From: an uncultured bacterium
GTDB lineage: Bacteria > CAZDME01 > JAYEMH01
Assembly (NCBI GenBank): GCA_964506785.1
Contig: CAZDME010000005.1
Coordinates: 1-36,990, forward strand
Length of the DNA: 36,990 nucleotides
Direction: 5' to 3'
Position 1 is the stretch's first letter; the number at the start of each line of letters is the position of its first letter. Shown one piece after another: positions 19,548 through 27,762 of the stretch. The position numbers were made by a program, and so were the translations under genes. The notes beneath the pieces were generated by a model. That model searched no databases. It saw only the letters and a program-made list of their open reading frames with translations, and was not told the DNA's origin.

Positions 19548-19962
19548 CTGCCTCGGTCCCGTCACCGGCTCCATCTGGCCCTTTCGAATAAATATCATAG
19601 GAAGGGTTATGAGTGCCAGTCGGTCCTTTAGTGTAAACATAATCATTATTCCAGGGATCCTGGAATTTACCGCTAGAGATATCTTCTTCATCAAATTCTA
19701 TATAAGGGCCGTGCCAATCATCCCCTTGACTTACTGTCAAGGCATTGACTAAATTCTGGTTTCCGGAAGCCGGGTAGCTACCCATATCCACTTCATACAT
19801 TGAAATGGCTGTCTCTAAGGCCGCTATGGCTGCCTCGGTTTTAGAAATCTTTGCCCGTAACCGGGCTTTATTACCGGCAAATACAGCCATTCCCAGCAAT
19901 ATTCCCAATATGGCCACAACAACCATTATTTCAATCAGGGTAAAGCCTTTTCTCAATCTCAT
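19528..19962 (-). CDS. gspG: Major pseudopilin GspG
   Basis: RKG|FTLIEIMVVV; WHGPYI; DPWNNDYVY; YDIYSKGPDG...DDINNW. Confidence 0.9.
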   Translation of the reverse strand: MRLRKGFTLIEIMVVVAILGILLGMAVFAGNKARLRAKISKTEAAIAALETAISMYEVDMGSYPASGNQNLVNALTVSQGDDWHGPYIEFDEEDISSGKFQDPWNNDYVYTKGPTGTHNPSYDIYSKGPDGAGDGTEADDINNW

Positions 19963-19999
19963 TGAACTCTCCTTCGAATTTCTATTGATATCTTAATAT

Positions 20000-20566
20000 T
20001 TAATATCTCTCCACGTCCATTCTTTCATAATCTACCTGTCTTTCCTGTTTATAAATTTCAAGCTTTCCGCCCGGGTTGGTTATTGAAATTTCTTTGACCT
20101 GGCCGCGCTTATCGGCAATCCAGATGGCGGAATCGTCGCTAAATGCATTCCCCATTTTATCAAAGCTGATACGGAAAATTATCTGATTGAAATCCGGGTC
20201 TTCTTTCCCTTCGATTAAAATTGTCTGGAAGGTGCATTTAATAATCTCAATTCCCTCGGGCAAAAGCTTCATCTCATCAACAATTTTTCTCTCCTCTGGC
20301 CTCCCTCTCTTGGGATAAACCAGGGCGAAGGTATTGTCATAAAGGTTAAAATCGGCCGCATAACTATCTTCATGATTAATCGTATAAGTCCTGGCCTTCT
20401 TAATGGTTTCGGTTATAACCCGGGCGGAACGGTCCAAATTACTTTGGCCAATCCAGGTGAATATAGCAGGGAAAAATTTCCAGATTATCGAAGCCAAAAT
20501 AAGAAGATAAATTAGACGCTTGACCCAGCGATTTTTAAATATTTCAGTCAGCTCTATTTCCGCCAT
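20000..20566 (-). CDS. Membrane-anchored GspH paralogue lacking the prepilin cleavage motif
   Basis: AGGAGG RBS; colinear similarity to 18933..19547 over the globular domain; no G|F...E5 motif. Confidence 0.8.
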   Translation of the reverse strand: MAEIELTEIFKNRWVKRLIYLLILASIIWKFFPAIFTWIGQSNLDRSARVITETIKKARTYTINHEDSYAADFNLYDNTFALVYPKRGRPEERKIVDEMKLLPEGIEIIKCTFQTILIEGKEDPDFNQIIFRISFDKMGNAFSDDSAIWIADKRGQVKEISITNPGGKLEIYKQERQVDYERMDVERY

Positions 20567-20584
20567 TTCTGCCTCCTTTGATTC

Positions 20585-20623
20585 CCTTATTTCGTTATCA
20601 CGTTGTTCATTATCACGTTATCA
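20585..20623. repeat. CGTTATCA-type tandem array
   Basis: CCTTATTT CGTTATCA CGTTGTT CATTATCA CGTTATCA. Confidence 0.85.
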
Positions 20624-20648
20624 CAATTTTAAAATACGCTCTTATAAA

Positions 20649-20657
20649 ATTATAGCA
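20649..20657 (-). promoter_or_regulatory. Extended -10 promoter for the pilin operon
   Basis: TGcTATAAT; no convincing -35. Confidence 0.55.
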
Positions 20658-20700
20658 TATATTTGGCTCACAAAAGCTATTTTTTTTGAGGCGGGGGGTT

Positions 20701-21474
20701 TTATAATTTGGGGATTCGGAACAATCTCCGGGCGTTTTCACTGGTAATCCCGGCTAATTCTTCCAGCTTCACTTCTTTCACCCGGGCAATTTCTTCGGCC
20801 GTATATCTGATAAAAGCAGGTTCGTTGCGTTTTCCTCTCATCGTTTGAGGAGCCAGGTAGGGAGCATCGGTTTCTAAAAACAACCTTTCAAGCGGCACTT
20901 TTTTAAGCACGCCGCGCAGATTTTCAGCATTAGGAAAAGTAATTTGTCCGGCAAAGGAAAGGTGCAAACCTAAATCTATTACCCGGTCGGCCAGGTCGCT
21001 ATCGCCGGAAAAACAGTGCATCACTCCGCCCACTTGGCCGATTTTTTCCTCAACTAATACCTTTAAGACTTCCTCTTCTGCCTCCCGGCAGTGAATCATC
21101 ACCGGCAGCCCCAAGTCTTTAGCCAGATGGAGAAGCTTTTTAAATAAATGCTTTTGCTCGTCTCGAGGAGATAAATCGCGATAATAATCTAAGCCAATTT
21201 CCCCTATGGCGGCCACTTTTTCCGTTTTAGCAAATTCTCTTAGATTATTTAAAATCTTGGAATCAATACCGGCGGCATAATGAGGGTGAATGCCGACGGC
21301 GGCATAAATAAAGGAATAATCCTCGGCCAGTTCCAGGGATTTCTGGCAGCCGGGAAGATTAGTCCCCACGTTAATCATCACCTCAACACCGGCTTCCCGG
21401 GCGCGGCGAATTACTTCCTGCCGGTCGCCCTGGTAGCGCTCATCGTCAAGATGAAGATGGGTATCAATAAACAT
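20701..21474 (-). CDS. tatD: TatD-family hydrolase
   Basis: IDTHLHL, AVGIHPH, AIGEIGLDY, IHCREA, MHCFSG, ETDAPYLAP, RNEP. Confidence 0.95.
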   Translation of the reverse strand: MFIDTHLHLDDERYQGDRQEVIRRAREAGVEVMINVGTNLPGCQKSLELAEDYSFIYAAVGIHPHYAAGIDSKILNNLREFAKTEKVAAIGEIGLDYYRDLSPRDEQKHLFKKLLHLAKDLGLPVMIHCREAEEEVLKVLVEEKIGQVGGVMHCFSGDSDLADRVIDLGLHLSFAGQITFPNAENLRGVLKKVPLERLFLETDAPYLAPQTMRGKRNEPAFIRYTAEEIARVKEVKLEELAGITSENARRLFRIPKL

Positions 21475-21486
21475 AGGCCCTAATTA

Positions 21487-21602
21487 TTAGCTTACGGCTT
21501 TTGGCCCCTATTTGGCAATTAGCTCTTAGCGCATCACTGATAGTCAGAAAAAACTTTATTTTCTTAACTATGAGCCATCGGCTATGAGCTATGAACAATC
21601 TA
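21487..21602. repeat. Inverted degenerate heptamer arrays (CTCATAG/CTATGAG type)
   Basis: CAATTAG CTCTTAG CGCATCA CTGATAG, spacer, CTATGAG CCATCGG CTATGAG CTATGAA. Confidence 0.7.
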
Positions 21603-21604
21603 AA

Positions 21605-23101
21605 TCATTTTCTATCTATACGTGGAAATAAAGGACGGCCCTTATTTATTCTATCCTTGCCTATTTGCCGGTCTATGGCCATGGCAGTATGCGGCATAAA
21701 GGGTGAGATTAACTCCGAAACTGCTCTTACGACTTCAACCAATAAATGGATAAATCCCTTAAGTTCGTCTATTTTCTTTTCCTTGGCTAAATTCCAGGGT
21801 TTGCTGTCTTCAACAAATTTATTGGCCATATTGATTAAGGCCCATATTTTCTCTAAGCAAGAACTAAAATTAAAATTGGAGACGGGGTGCAGGTAATCGG
21901 CAATCTCCTCCGGTAAAAGCTTTATTTTTTCTTCTATATCTTTCCCCTGCTTATTATATTCAATTTCCCCTTTTTCAGGAACGTTGCCTTGAAAATATTT
22001 TTCTATCATCGTCAGCGTCCGGTAGAGGAGATTGCCTAAATCATTTGCCAGGTCGCTATTGAATCTTTTGATAATTGCTTCTTCTGAAAAATTTCCGTCC
22101 TGCCCAAAAGGAACGTCGCGAAGTAAAAAATACCGGTAGGCATCCAGGCCGAATTTATCAACCATCGCTTTGGGAGAGACAACATTTCCCCTTGATTTAG
22201 ACATTTTGCTTTGCTCAATCAACCACCAGCCGTGGGCAAAGATTGCCGCCGGGGGCCTGATATTTAAAGCCTTTAGCATAATCGGCCAGTAGATCGCGTG
22301 CTGCCTTAAAATGTCTTTCCCGATTATATGCACGCCCGGCCACCATCTGCTCTCATATTCGTCATTTTTATTAAATGCGCCCACGGCGCTGATATAGTTA
22401 AGCAGGGCGTCAAACCAAACATAAGTAACATGGCCGGGGCTGAAAGGCAGAGGTATCCCCCAGCTTAGCCGTTCTTTCGGCCGGGAAATACATAAATCAG
22501 AGAGCTTATTTGATTTTAAAAAACTCGAGACTTCCCGGCGACGCGTCTCCGGACGGATAAAATCGGCATTCCCCTCGATATACTTACCCAGCCAATCCTG
22601 ATATTTCGATAGTTTAAAAAAGTAGTTTTTCTCCGAAACTTTTTCTAAAGGCCTTTGGCAATCAGGGCAATTCTCTCCCTGAATTTGTGCTTCGGCCCAG
22701 AAGGTCTCGCAAGGCGTGCAATACCAGCCTTCATATTTATCCAGATAAATATCGCCGTTTTTATAAAGAACCGTTAATGCCCTTTGCACGCAGGATATAT
22801 GCCTCTCTTCGGTGGTCCGGATAAAATCATTGTAAGAAATATCCAACCCTTCCCAGAGCTTCTTAAACTGCAAAACCATTTTATCGGTAAATTCCTGCGG
22901 GCTCAGCTTGGCTTCTTCAGCCGCCTTCTGCATTTTCTGGCCGTGTTCATCGGTGCCGGTTAAAAGCCAAACATTTTCCGCGCCTACTTTCTGGCGCATA
23001 TACCGGGCTAAACAATCAGCGGCAATATTAGTGTAAGAATGCCCGATATGAGGGGAGGCATTCACATAATATAAAGGGGTGGTAATATAAAATTTTTCCA
23101 T
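21605..23101 (-). CDS. metG: Methionyl-tRNA synthetase, short form without C-terminal OB domain
   Basis: YITTPLYYVN, HIGH, GTDEHG, zinc knuckle CTPC...CPDC, YVWFDAL, KMSKS. Confidence 0.97.
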   Translation of the reverse strand: MEKFYITTPLYYVNASPHIGHSYTNIAADCLARYMRQKVGAENVWLLTGTDEHGQKMQKAAEEAKLSPQEFTDKMVLQFKKLWEGLDISYNDFIRTTEERHISCVQRALTVLYKNGDIYLDKYEGWYCTPCETFWAEAQIQGENCPDCQRPLEKVSEKNYFFKLSKYQDWLGKYIEGNADFIRPETRRREVSSFLKSNKLSDLCISRPKERLSWGIPLPFSPGHVTYVWFDALLNYISAVGAFNKNDEYESRWWPGVHIIGKDILRQHAIYWPIMLKALNIRPPAAIFAHGWWLIEQSKMSKSRGNVVSPKAMVDKFGLDAYRYFLLRDVPFGQDGNFSEEAIIKRFNSDLANDLGNLLYRTLTMIEKYFQGNVPEKGEIEYNKQGKDIEEKIKLLPEEIADYLHPVSNFNFSSCLEKIWALINMANKFVEDSKPWNLAKEKKIDELKGFIHLLVEVVRAVSELISPFMPHTAMAIDRQIGKDRINKGRPLFPRIDRK

Positions 23102-23116
23102 CTCTTTAGTTAGCCA

Positions 23117-23968
23117 TTATTGTTTCTTTTTTCGGCTGATAGCCGGAAAATGAGGGAATTTGAGTATAGAAATTTTCTTCATCTTTTCCTCCCAGGGGAT
23201 TTCTTTCCTCACTCCTCCTTCTAACTCGACGGTAATCGTCATCTTCAGCGGATTGCTGGCTACTACCTTACCTTTTCCTTCTTTGGTATTGATGGTAGTC
23301 CCGCCTTTAGGAAACTTTCCTTTCATCTGCTTATAGAAATCATATTCATAGCTTAAACAGCACATTAACCGGCCGCATAACCCGGAAATCTTCATCGGGT
23401 TTAAAGAAAGATTCTGTTCCTTAGCCATACGGATGCTCACCGGTTCAAAATCTTTAAGAAATTTGACACAACATAAAGGAAATCCACAAGGGCCAAAACC
23501 GCCAAGCCTTTTGGCTTCATCGCGGACGCCAATCTGTCTTAATTCGATACGGGCTTTTAAAATATAGGCTAAATCCTTAACCAGCTCCCGGAAATCAACT
23601 CTATCCTCAGAGCTGAAATAAAAGATGATTTTTGTCCGGTCAAAAGAGTATTCGGCGGCAACTAATTTCATGGGAAGCTTTCTTTCTTCAGCCTTTTTTT
23701 CGCAAAGGGCCATTGCCTCTTTCTGCATCCGCTTATTTGTTTCAATCTGCCGGATATCTTCAAGGCTGGCTAAACGGACAATCTTTCTTAAAGGGTCGTC
23801 TATATCTTTTTCCAAAATAATTTCCGGTTCCGAGACCACTTCGCCGAATTCTATCCCTCGCCCGTCTTCGATAATACAAAATTTGCCAACCTTAACCCGG
23901 ATATTGTTGGTATCGAAATAAATAACTTTATTGTCTTTCTTTAATTTTACCTGAGCAATCTCGTACAT
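23117..23968 (-). CDS. PSP1-domain protein (YaaT/RicT family)
   Basis: RVDFRELVKDLA, RIELRQIGVRDEA, GPCG.PLCC, KISGLCGRLMCCLSYE. Confidence 0.93.
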   Translation of the reverse strand: MYEIAQVKLKKDNKVIYFDTNNIRVKVGKFCIIEDGRGIEFGEVVSEPEIILEKDIDDPLRKIVRLASLEDIRQIETNKRMQKEAMALCEKKAEERKLPMKLVAAEYSFDRTKIIFYFSSEDRVDFRELVKDLAYILKARIELRQIGVRDEAKRLGGFGPCGFPLCCVKFLKDFEPVSIRMAKEQNLSLNPMKISGLCGRLMCCLSYEYDFYKQMKGKFPKGGTTINTKEGKGKVVASNPLKMTITVELEGGVRKEIPWEEKMKKISILKFPHFPAISRKKKQ

Positions 23969-23972
23969 CGCT

Positions 23973-24024
23973 CTTCTCCCGTCTCCATTCTACCATTTCC
24001 CTTTTACCGCTTCTCATTTCCCGC
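23973..24024. repeat. Pyrimidine-rich heptamer array filling the holB-PSP1 spacer
   Basis: CTTCTCC CGTCTCC ATTCTAC CATTTCC CTTTTAC CGCTTCT CATTTCC. Confidence 0.65.
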
Positions 24025-25128
24025 CTAACTTTTCCCGTCTAATTTTAAAAGCATAACCGTAAGAGCGAGGCGCAGGTGGGCATTACGGGAAACAGCCTCT
24101 TTTATTTCTTTCAAAACAGAAATTTTCTCTTTTACTTCCTCCCGGGAAAGCGCCTGAGCGGTCTCTTTAATGGCGTCCTCCCGCGCCCGGTTAACAATTA
24201 ATGTTTCCTCCCCGGTTATTTTCCAGACCAAACAATCCCTGAAGAAAAGTGTTATCGCCTGCAGGTCATCCTCTATCTTTTTCCGGTATTCCCTGTCCAG
24301 GGAAGCCTTCTTTTTTTCCTCTAAAAACCTCTGCTTTTTCTTGCCTAAATTCTCCGTCTCTTCTTTTAAATCCCCGGAGTATTTTAAGTTGAGCTTTTTC
24401 TTGTGTTCATCCCAAGTTTCGACGATATCACTGACAATATCTAAAATATTATCATCGCGTTTTAAAATTAAATCTAAAAAAATTTCCTTCCCTAAAACCG
24501 CTCCTTCCTTCTTAAATCTTACTGCCTCTCCAAGCTTACCTTCAGAAATTACAGAGAGGCTTCTGGCTTCAGTTAAAGAGCAATTCAAATTTTCGAGCAG
24601 AAATTTCTCGATTTTCTTTTGAGAGATTAAAGAAAATCTCACCAGCTGACAGCGGGACCTGATTGTCGGCAAAAGCTCCTCGGCGGCGCTGCTAAGCAGA
24701 ATGAGGACAGATTCTCCGGGCGGCTCTTCTAAAGTTTTTAAAAAGGCGTTTGCCGCCTGGCGGTTCATCCGTTCGGCCTCAAGCAGGATAAAAACCTTCG
24801 TTCTTCCTTCAAACGGCTTAAGATAGATTTCCCGCTGCAACTCAAGGATGTGGTCTATCTTGATGGTTTGGGAGACCCCATCGGGTTCTAACCATTTAAC
24901 GTCTGGATGGCGGAAACGTTCAATCCTTTGGCAGGAAGAGCACTGGTCGCAGGCATCGGCTTTTCCCTTTTCGCAATTTAAAACCTTAGCCAAATTAAGC
25001 GCCGTCAGCCGTTTGCCTATGCTGTTCTCTCCGACAAAAAGATAGGCATGGGCAATTCTATCCGAACGTAAATTATTCTTTAAAATGGTTAACGGAACTT
25101 CCTGTCCGATAATTTCTCTAAAAGACAC
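24025..25128 (-). CDS. holB: DNA polymerase III delta' subunit
   Basis: FREIIGQ, HAYLF, C...CDQCSSC, HPDV, AANAFLKTLEEPP, LLPTIRSRC. Start placed at GTG 25128. Confidence 0.93.
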   Translation of the reverse strand: MSFREIIGQEVPLTILKNNLRSDRIAHAYLFVGENSIGKRLTALNLAKVLNCEKGKADACDQCSSCQRIERFRHPDVKWLEPDGVSQTIKIDHILELQREIYLKPFEGRTKVFILLEAERMNRQAANAFLKTLEEPPGESVLILLSSAAEELLPTIRSRCQLVRFSLISQKKIEKFLLENLNCSLTEARSLSVISEGKLGEAVRFKKEGAVLGKEIFLDLILKRDDNILDIVSDIVETWDEHKKKLNLKYSGDLKEETENLGKKKQRFLEEKKKASLDREYRKKIEDDLQAITLFFRDCLVWKITGEETLIVNRAREDAIKETAQALSREEVKEKISVLKEIKEAVSRNAHLRLALTVMLLKLDGKS

Positions 25129-25142
25129 GGTAGTAAATCCCA

Positions 25143-25221
25143 ATATCAAAAATCAGATGCCAAAATGCCGAAGCAAAACTCAAAAATTTTGAACTTTGAT
25201 ATGTGGCTTTGACTTTTGGTT
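25143..25221. repeat. Inverted degenerate arrays (TCAAA/TTTGA type)
   Basis: ATATCAA AAATCAG ATGCCAA ... ACTCAAA then TTTGAAC TTTGATA ... TTTGACT TTTGGTT; centre TCAAAA-A-TTTTGA. Confidence 0.7.
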
Positions 25222-25259
25222 CTTAAAACTTATTCCCCCAGCCCTCAAAAGCTTACAGC

Positions 25260-25298
25260 AAAAACTTGCACCAAAAACTTGCACCTCGTAGGTGCAAG
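25260..25298. repeat. REP-like palindrome with duplicated left arm; possible minus-strand terminator after tmk
   Basis: AAAAACTTGCACC twice, then TCGTA GGTGCAAG; 9-bp stem followed by T5 on the minus strand. Confidence 0.85.
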
Positions 25299-25334
25299 GA
25301 AATTGATTTCTTCTGTGACGGGATAAAAACGGGT

Positions 25335-26000
25335 TTATTCTCTTTGATCCAAAAGATTGTTAAAAACAACCTGGCAGACTGCTCTATGCGTCTCCTCAAT
25401 ATCGCCGGTAACTTTAATCACCTTAATCCGTTCCGGATACATCTGGGCAATTTTCAAATATCCTTCCCTCACCTTCTGGTGAAAGGCAATGCCGATTTTC
25501 TCTAAACGGTCGCCTTGACTATATTGCTCCTTTTTAGCCTTGGCTTTTATCGCTTTCTCTAAACCCGAAGGAGCTTCTACGTCCAGGAGAACGGTCAGAT
25601 CCGGCTCAAACGAACCCAAGGCCGCCTGAGTAATTTTTTTAACATTTTCCATGCCGATTTCCCGGGCATAACCTTGATAGACCACGGTGGCATCCGTAAA
25701 GCGGTCACAAATAACGATTTTACCGGCATCAAGAGCCGGCTTAATTATCTCTTCAACTAACTGCACCCGGCTGGCTAAATAAAGGAAAAGTTCCGTATGA
25801 TAACTCATCTCCTGATTTTGCGGGTCAAGAAGAATTTGGCGAATCTTCTCGCCAATGACGGTACTGCCTGGTTCCCGGGCCGCCACCACTTCATATTTCC
25901 TGTTTCTGAGATAATCAGCCAGTTTTTCCACCTGGGTGGTTTTGCCGCTTCCTTCGGGCCCATCCAAAGTGATAAACCAACCGCCTTTCTTTTTGGACAT
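25335..26000 (-). CDS. tmk: Thymidylate kinase
   Basis: FITLDGPEGSGKTTQ, REPG, ICDRF, YQG, PDLTVLLD. Start at ATG 26000. Confidence 0.96.
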   Translation of the reverse strand: MSKKKGGWFITLDGPEGSGKTTQVEKLADYLRNRKYEVVAAREPGSTVIGEKIRQILLDPQNQEMSYHTELFLYLASRVQLVEEIIKPALDAGKIVICDRFTDATVVYQGYAREIGMENVKKITQAALGSFEPDLTVLLDVEAPSGLEKAIKAKAKKEQYSQGDRLEKIGIAFHQKVREGYLKIAQMYPERIKVIKVTGDIEETHRAVCQVVFNNLLDQRE

Positions 26001-26017
26001 AATACCCCCTTTTATTA

Positions 26018-26094
26018 GTGTCAAGGTATCAAAGTTTCAAAGTATCAGAGTTTTTCCAATGACACTCTGACCCGTTGACACTCTGAGACTATGA
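26018..26094. repeat. Inverted octamer arrays (GTATCAAA/TGACAC type), copy 1
   Basis: GTGTCAAG GTATCAAA GTTTCAAA GTATCAGA, spacer, AATGACAC TCTGACCC GTTGACAC TCTGAGAC. Confidence 0.88.
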
Positions 26095-26250
26095 TTTTTG
26101 GTCTGCCTGCTTTTTTTGTTTCTCTTTCTTCTCAAAGCATTCCCGGCAGTTATAAATCGGCTTGGCCCGGGTACGGTCATAATCTTTATAAATTATCACC
26201 CGGTCTACTTCGGTCACTTCTTTGCCGCAGGTATCACATTTCACTTTCAA
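26089..26250 (-). CDS. Small zinc-ribbon-like protein (53 aa, absent from the ORF track)
   Basis: Hand translation from TTG: MKVKCDTCGKEVTEVDRVIIYKDYDRTRAKPIYNCRECFEKKEKQKKQADQKS; two CxxC; starts 7 nt after the purN stop. Confidence 0.8.
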   Translation of the reverse strand: MKVKCDTCGKEVTEVDRVIIYKDYDRTRAKPIYNCRECFEKKEKQKKQADQKS

Positions 26251-26257
26251 CTATCCC

Positions 26258-26866
26258 CTATTTTTTTACTATAACCTTTCTGCCTTTAATCTCTAATTTA
26301 TTTTCGCCAAACAATCTGATGGCTTCAGGATATAAGCGGTGCTCAACAGCATGAATCCGGGAAGTTATTGAATCCTCAGTATCTCCTTCTTCAATCTTGA
26401 CCGCTTCCTGAAGAATAATCGGCCCGGTATCCACCCCTTCATCCACAAAATGGACGGTTACGCCGGTAACCTTTACTCCGTAATCCAAAGCCTCCTTTAT
26501 CCCATGCGCCCCTTTAAAAGAAGGGAGAAGGGCCGGATGAATATTAATCATCCGTCCTTTATATTCCCGGACCAGATCGGAGCTGATAATCCGCATAAAT
26601 CCGGCCAGAACCACTAACTCAATCTTTTCTTTCAAGAGATTTTTTCCCAGTTCCTTATCAAACTCTCCCCGGCTGGGAAACTTCTTCGGGTCGATAAATA
26701 ACCCCTTGATACCAAAATTCTCTGCCCTCTTTAAAATAAAAGCATCCTCTCTATCGCTAATTACCAGGCAAATATCAACCGGTAACCGCCCGGATTTAAC
26801 CGCCTCGGCAATCGCCTGAAAATTAGTTCCCCGGCCGGAACCCAGAATAGCTATTTTCTTATGCAT
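26258..26866 (-). CDS. purN: Phosphoribosylglycinamide formyltransferase
   Basis: ILGSGRGTNFQAI, LAGFMRI, NIHPALLPSF, TGVTVHFVDEGVDTGPII. Confidence 0.97.
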   Translation of the reverse strand: MHKKIAILGSGRGTNFQAIAEAVKSGRLPVDICLVISDREDAFILKRAENFGIKGLFIDPKKFPSRGEFDKELGKNLLKEKIELVVLAGFMRIISSDLVREYKGRMINIHPALLPSFKGAHGIKEALDYGVKVTGVTVHFVDEGVDTGPIILQEAVKIEEGDTEDSITSRIHAVEHRLYPEAIRLFGENKLEIKGRKVIVKK

Positions 26867-27663
26867 ATCTCCCCGCGGGCTAACTTTAAAAATTTTTCCC
26901 TTTTCTCTTCGGCGTTGGCTTGAGCCATGCTCATCTCTTCCCGGCTGAGCTCTGCCGGTTCTAACTCAATCCCAAGCCCCTGCTTAAAACCTATTTTTAA
27001 AATTAACAGGGCCTCTTCAAAACTCAAAGATTTATTTAAAATATCCCTTAAAGAAGTAATTTTAACCGGCTCCCGGGAGAAATTCCTGAGGGCCGGAAGA
27101 GCCCTTTCCAAATCCAATTCCAGGGGGATGGAACCGTGCTGCAAAATTACCTTTTTTTTGCGCCGCTGTGCATTTCCGCCTAATTTTTTATTTTCTACTA
27201 GTATATCATAAGAAGAGTTAGCCGTAAAACAAAAAGCACCTGTATTCTTGATAGCCGAAAAAGTCTCCCTGGCAAACTTGGCCTTAAAACCGAGCAGCTC
27301 AATAAAACGGATGATTCCGCCGCAAAGCCGGCAGAAAGACTCTCCCACTGAATGCGAAAACAAATGGGAATCCGGACCAAGGGACAGGCTATAGGTAACT
27401 TCCCGGTCATGAAAGAGAATTCCTCCGCCAGTTATCCGGGAGGTACAATCTAACCCTAAATTCTGTAAAACCTCGAAATTAATCTCGGCTTCCATATCTT
27501 GAATGTAGCCCAGGGAAAAAGCCGCCGGCCGCCAGCCATAAAAACGGATGGTCGAAGGAATTTTATCTTGCTCCTTCTCTTTCATCAGGACTTCATCAAC
27601 GGCCATATTGAAATAGGCGTCGTGAAATCCTGTCTCTATTATCCGCCAATTCTCTTTTTTCAT
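26851..27663 (-). CDS. Lipoate-protein ligase / octanoyltransferase family protein
   Basis: NMAVDE, RFYGW, RITGGG..FHD, KKLGGNAQRR, LQHGSI; adjacent to gcv genes. Start at ATG 27663. Confidence 0.9.
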   Translation of the reverse strand: MKKENWRIIETGFHDAYFNMAVDEVLMKEKEQDKIPSTIRFYGWRPAAFSLGYIQDMEAEINFEVLQNLGLDCTSRITGGGILFHDREVTYSLSLGPDSHLFSHSVGESFCRLCGGIIRFIELLGFKAKFARETFSAIKNTGAFCFTANSSYDILVENKKLGGNAQRRKKKVILQHGSIPLELDLERALPALRNFSREPVKITSLRDILNKSLSFEEALLILKIGFKQGLGIELEPAELSREEMSMAQANAEEKREKFLKLARGEICIRK

Positions 27664-27674
27664 GCTTTCAAACA

Positions 27675-27761
27675 GTATCAAAGTTTCATAGTATCAGCGT
27701 ATCAAAGTTATTTCGATACAAGCTCATAAAGTATGCAATGGCACTTTGACACTCCTGACAC
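27675..27761. repeat. Inverted octamer arrays (GTATCAAA/TGACAC type), copy 2
   Basis: GTATCAAA GTTTCATA GTATCAGC GTATCAAA, spacer, AATGGCAC TTTGACAC T CCTGACAC. Confidence 0.85.
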
Positions 27762-27762
27762 T

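Noticed and set aside
19548-19694. 253-aa GspH ORF as given in the track
   Set aside because: The extension lies deep inside gspG in another frame; ATG 19547 is more plausible.
23128-23150. Hairpin CGGCT-GAT-AGCCG in the PSP1 3' end as another coding insertion
   Set aside because: Stem is short and single-copy; could be chance.
24170-24622. This and other antisense or nested ORFs (e.g. 8812..9285, 12475..12687, 34797..35283)
   Set aside because: Shadows of well-supported genes with no recognisable motifs.
26091-26354. 87-aa plus-strand ORF
   Set aside because: Antisense to purN and to a better minus-strand CxxC ORF.
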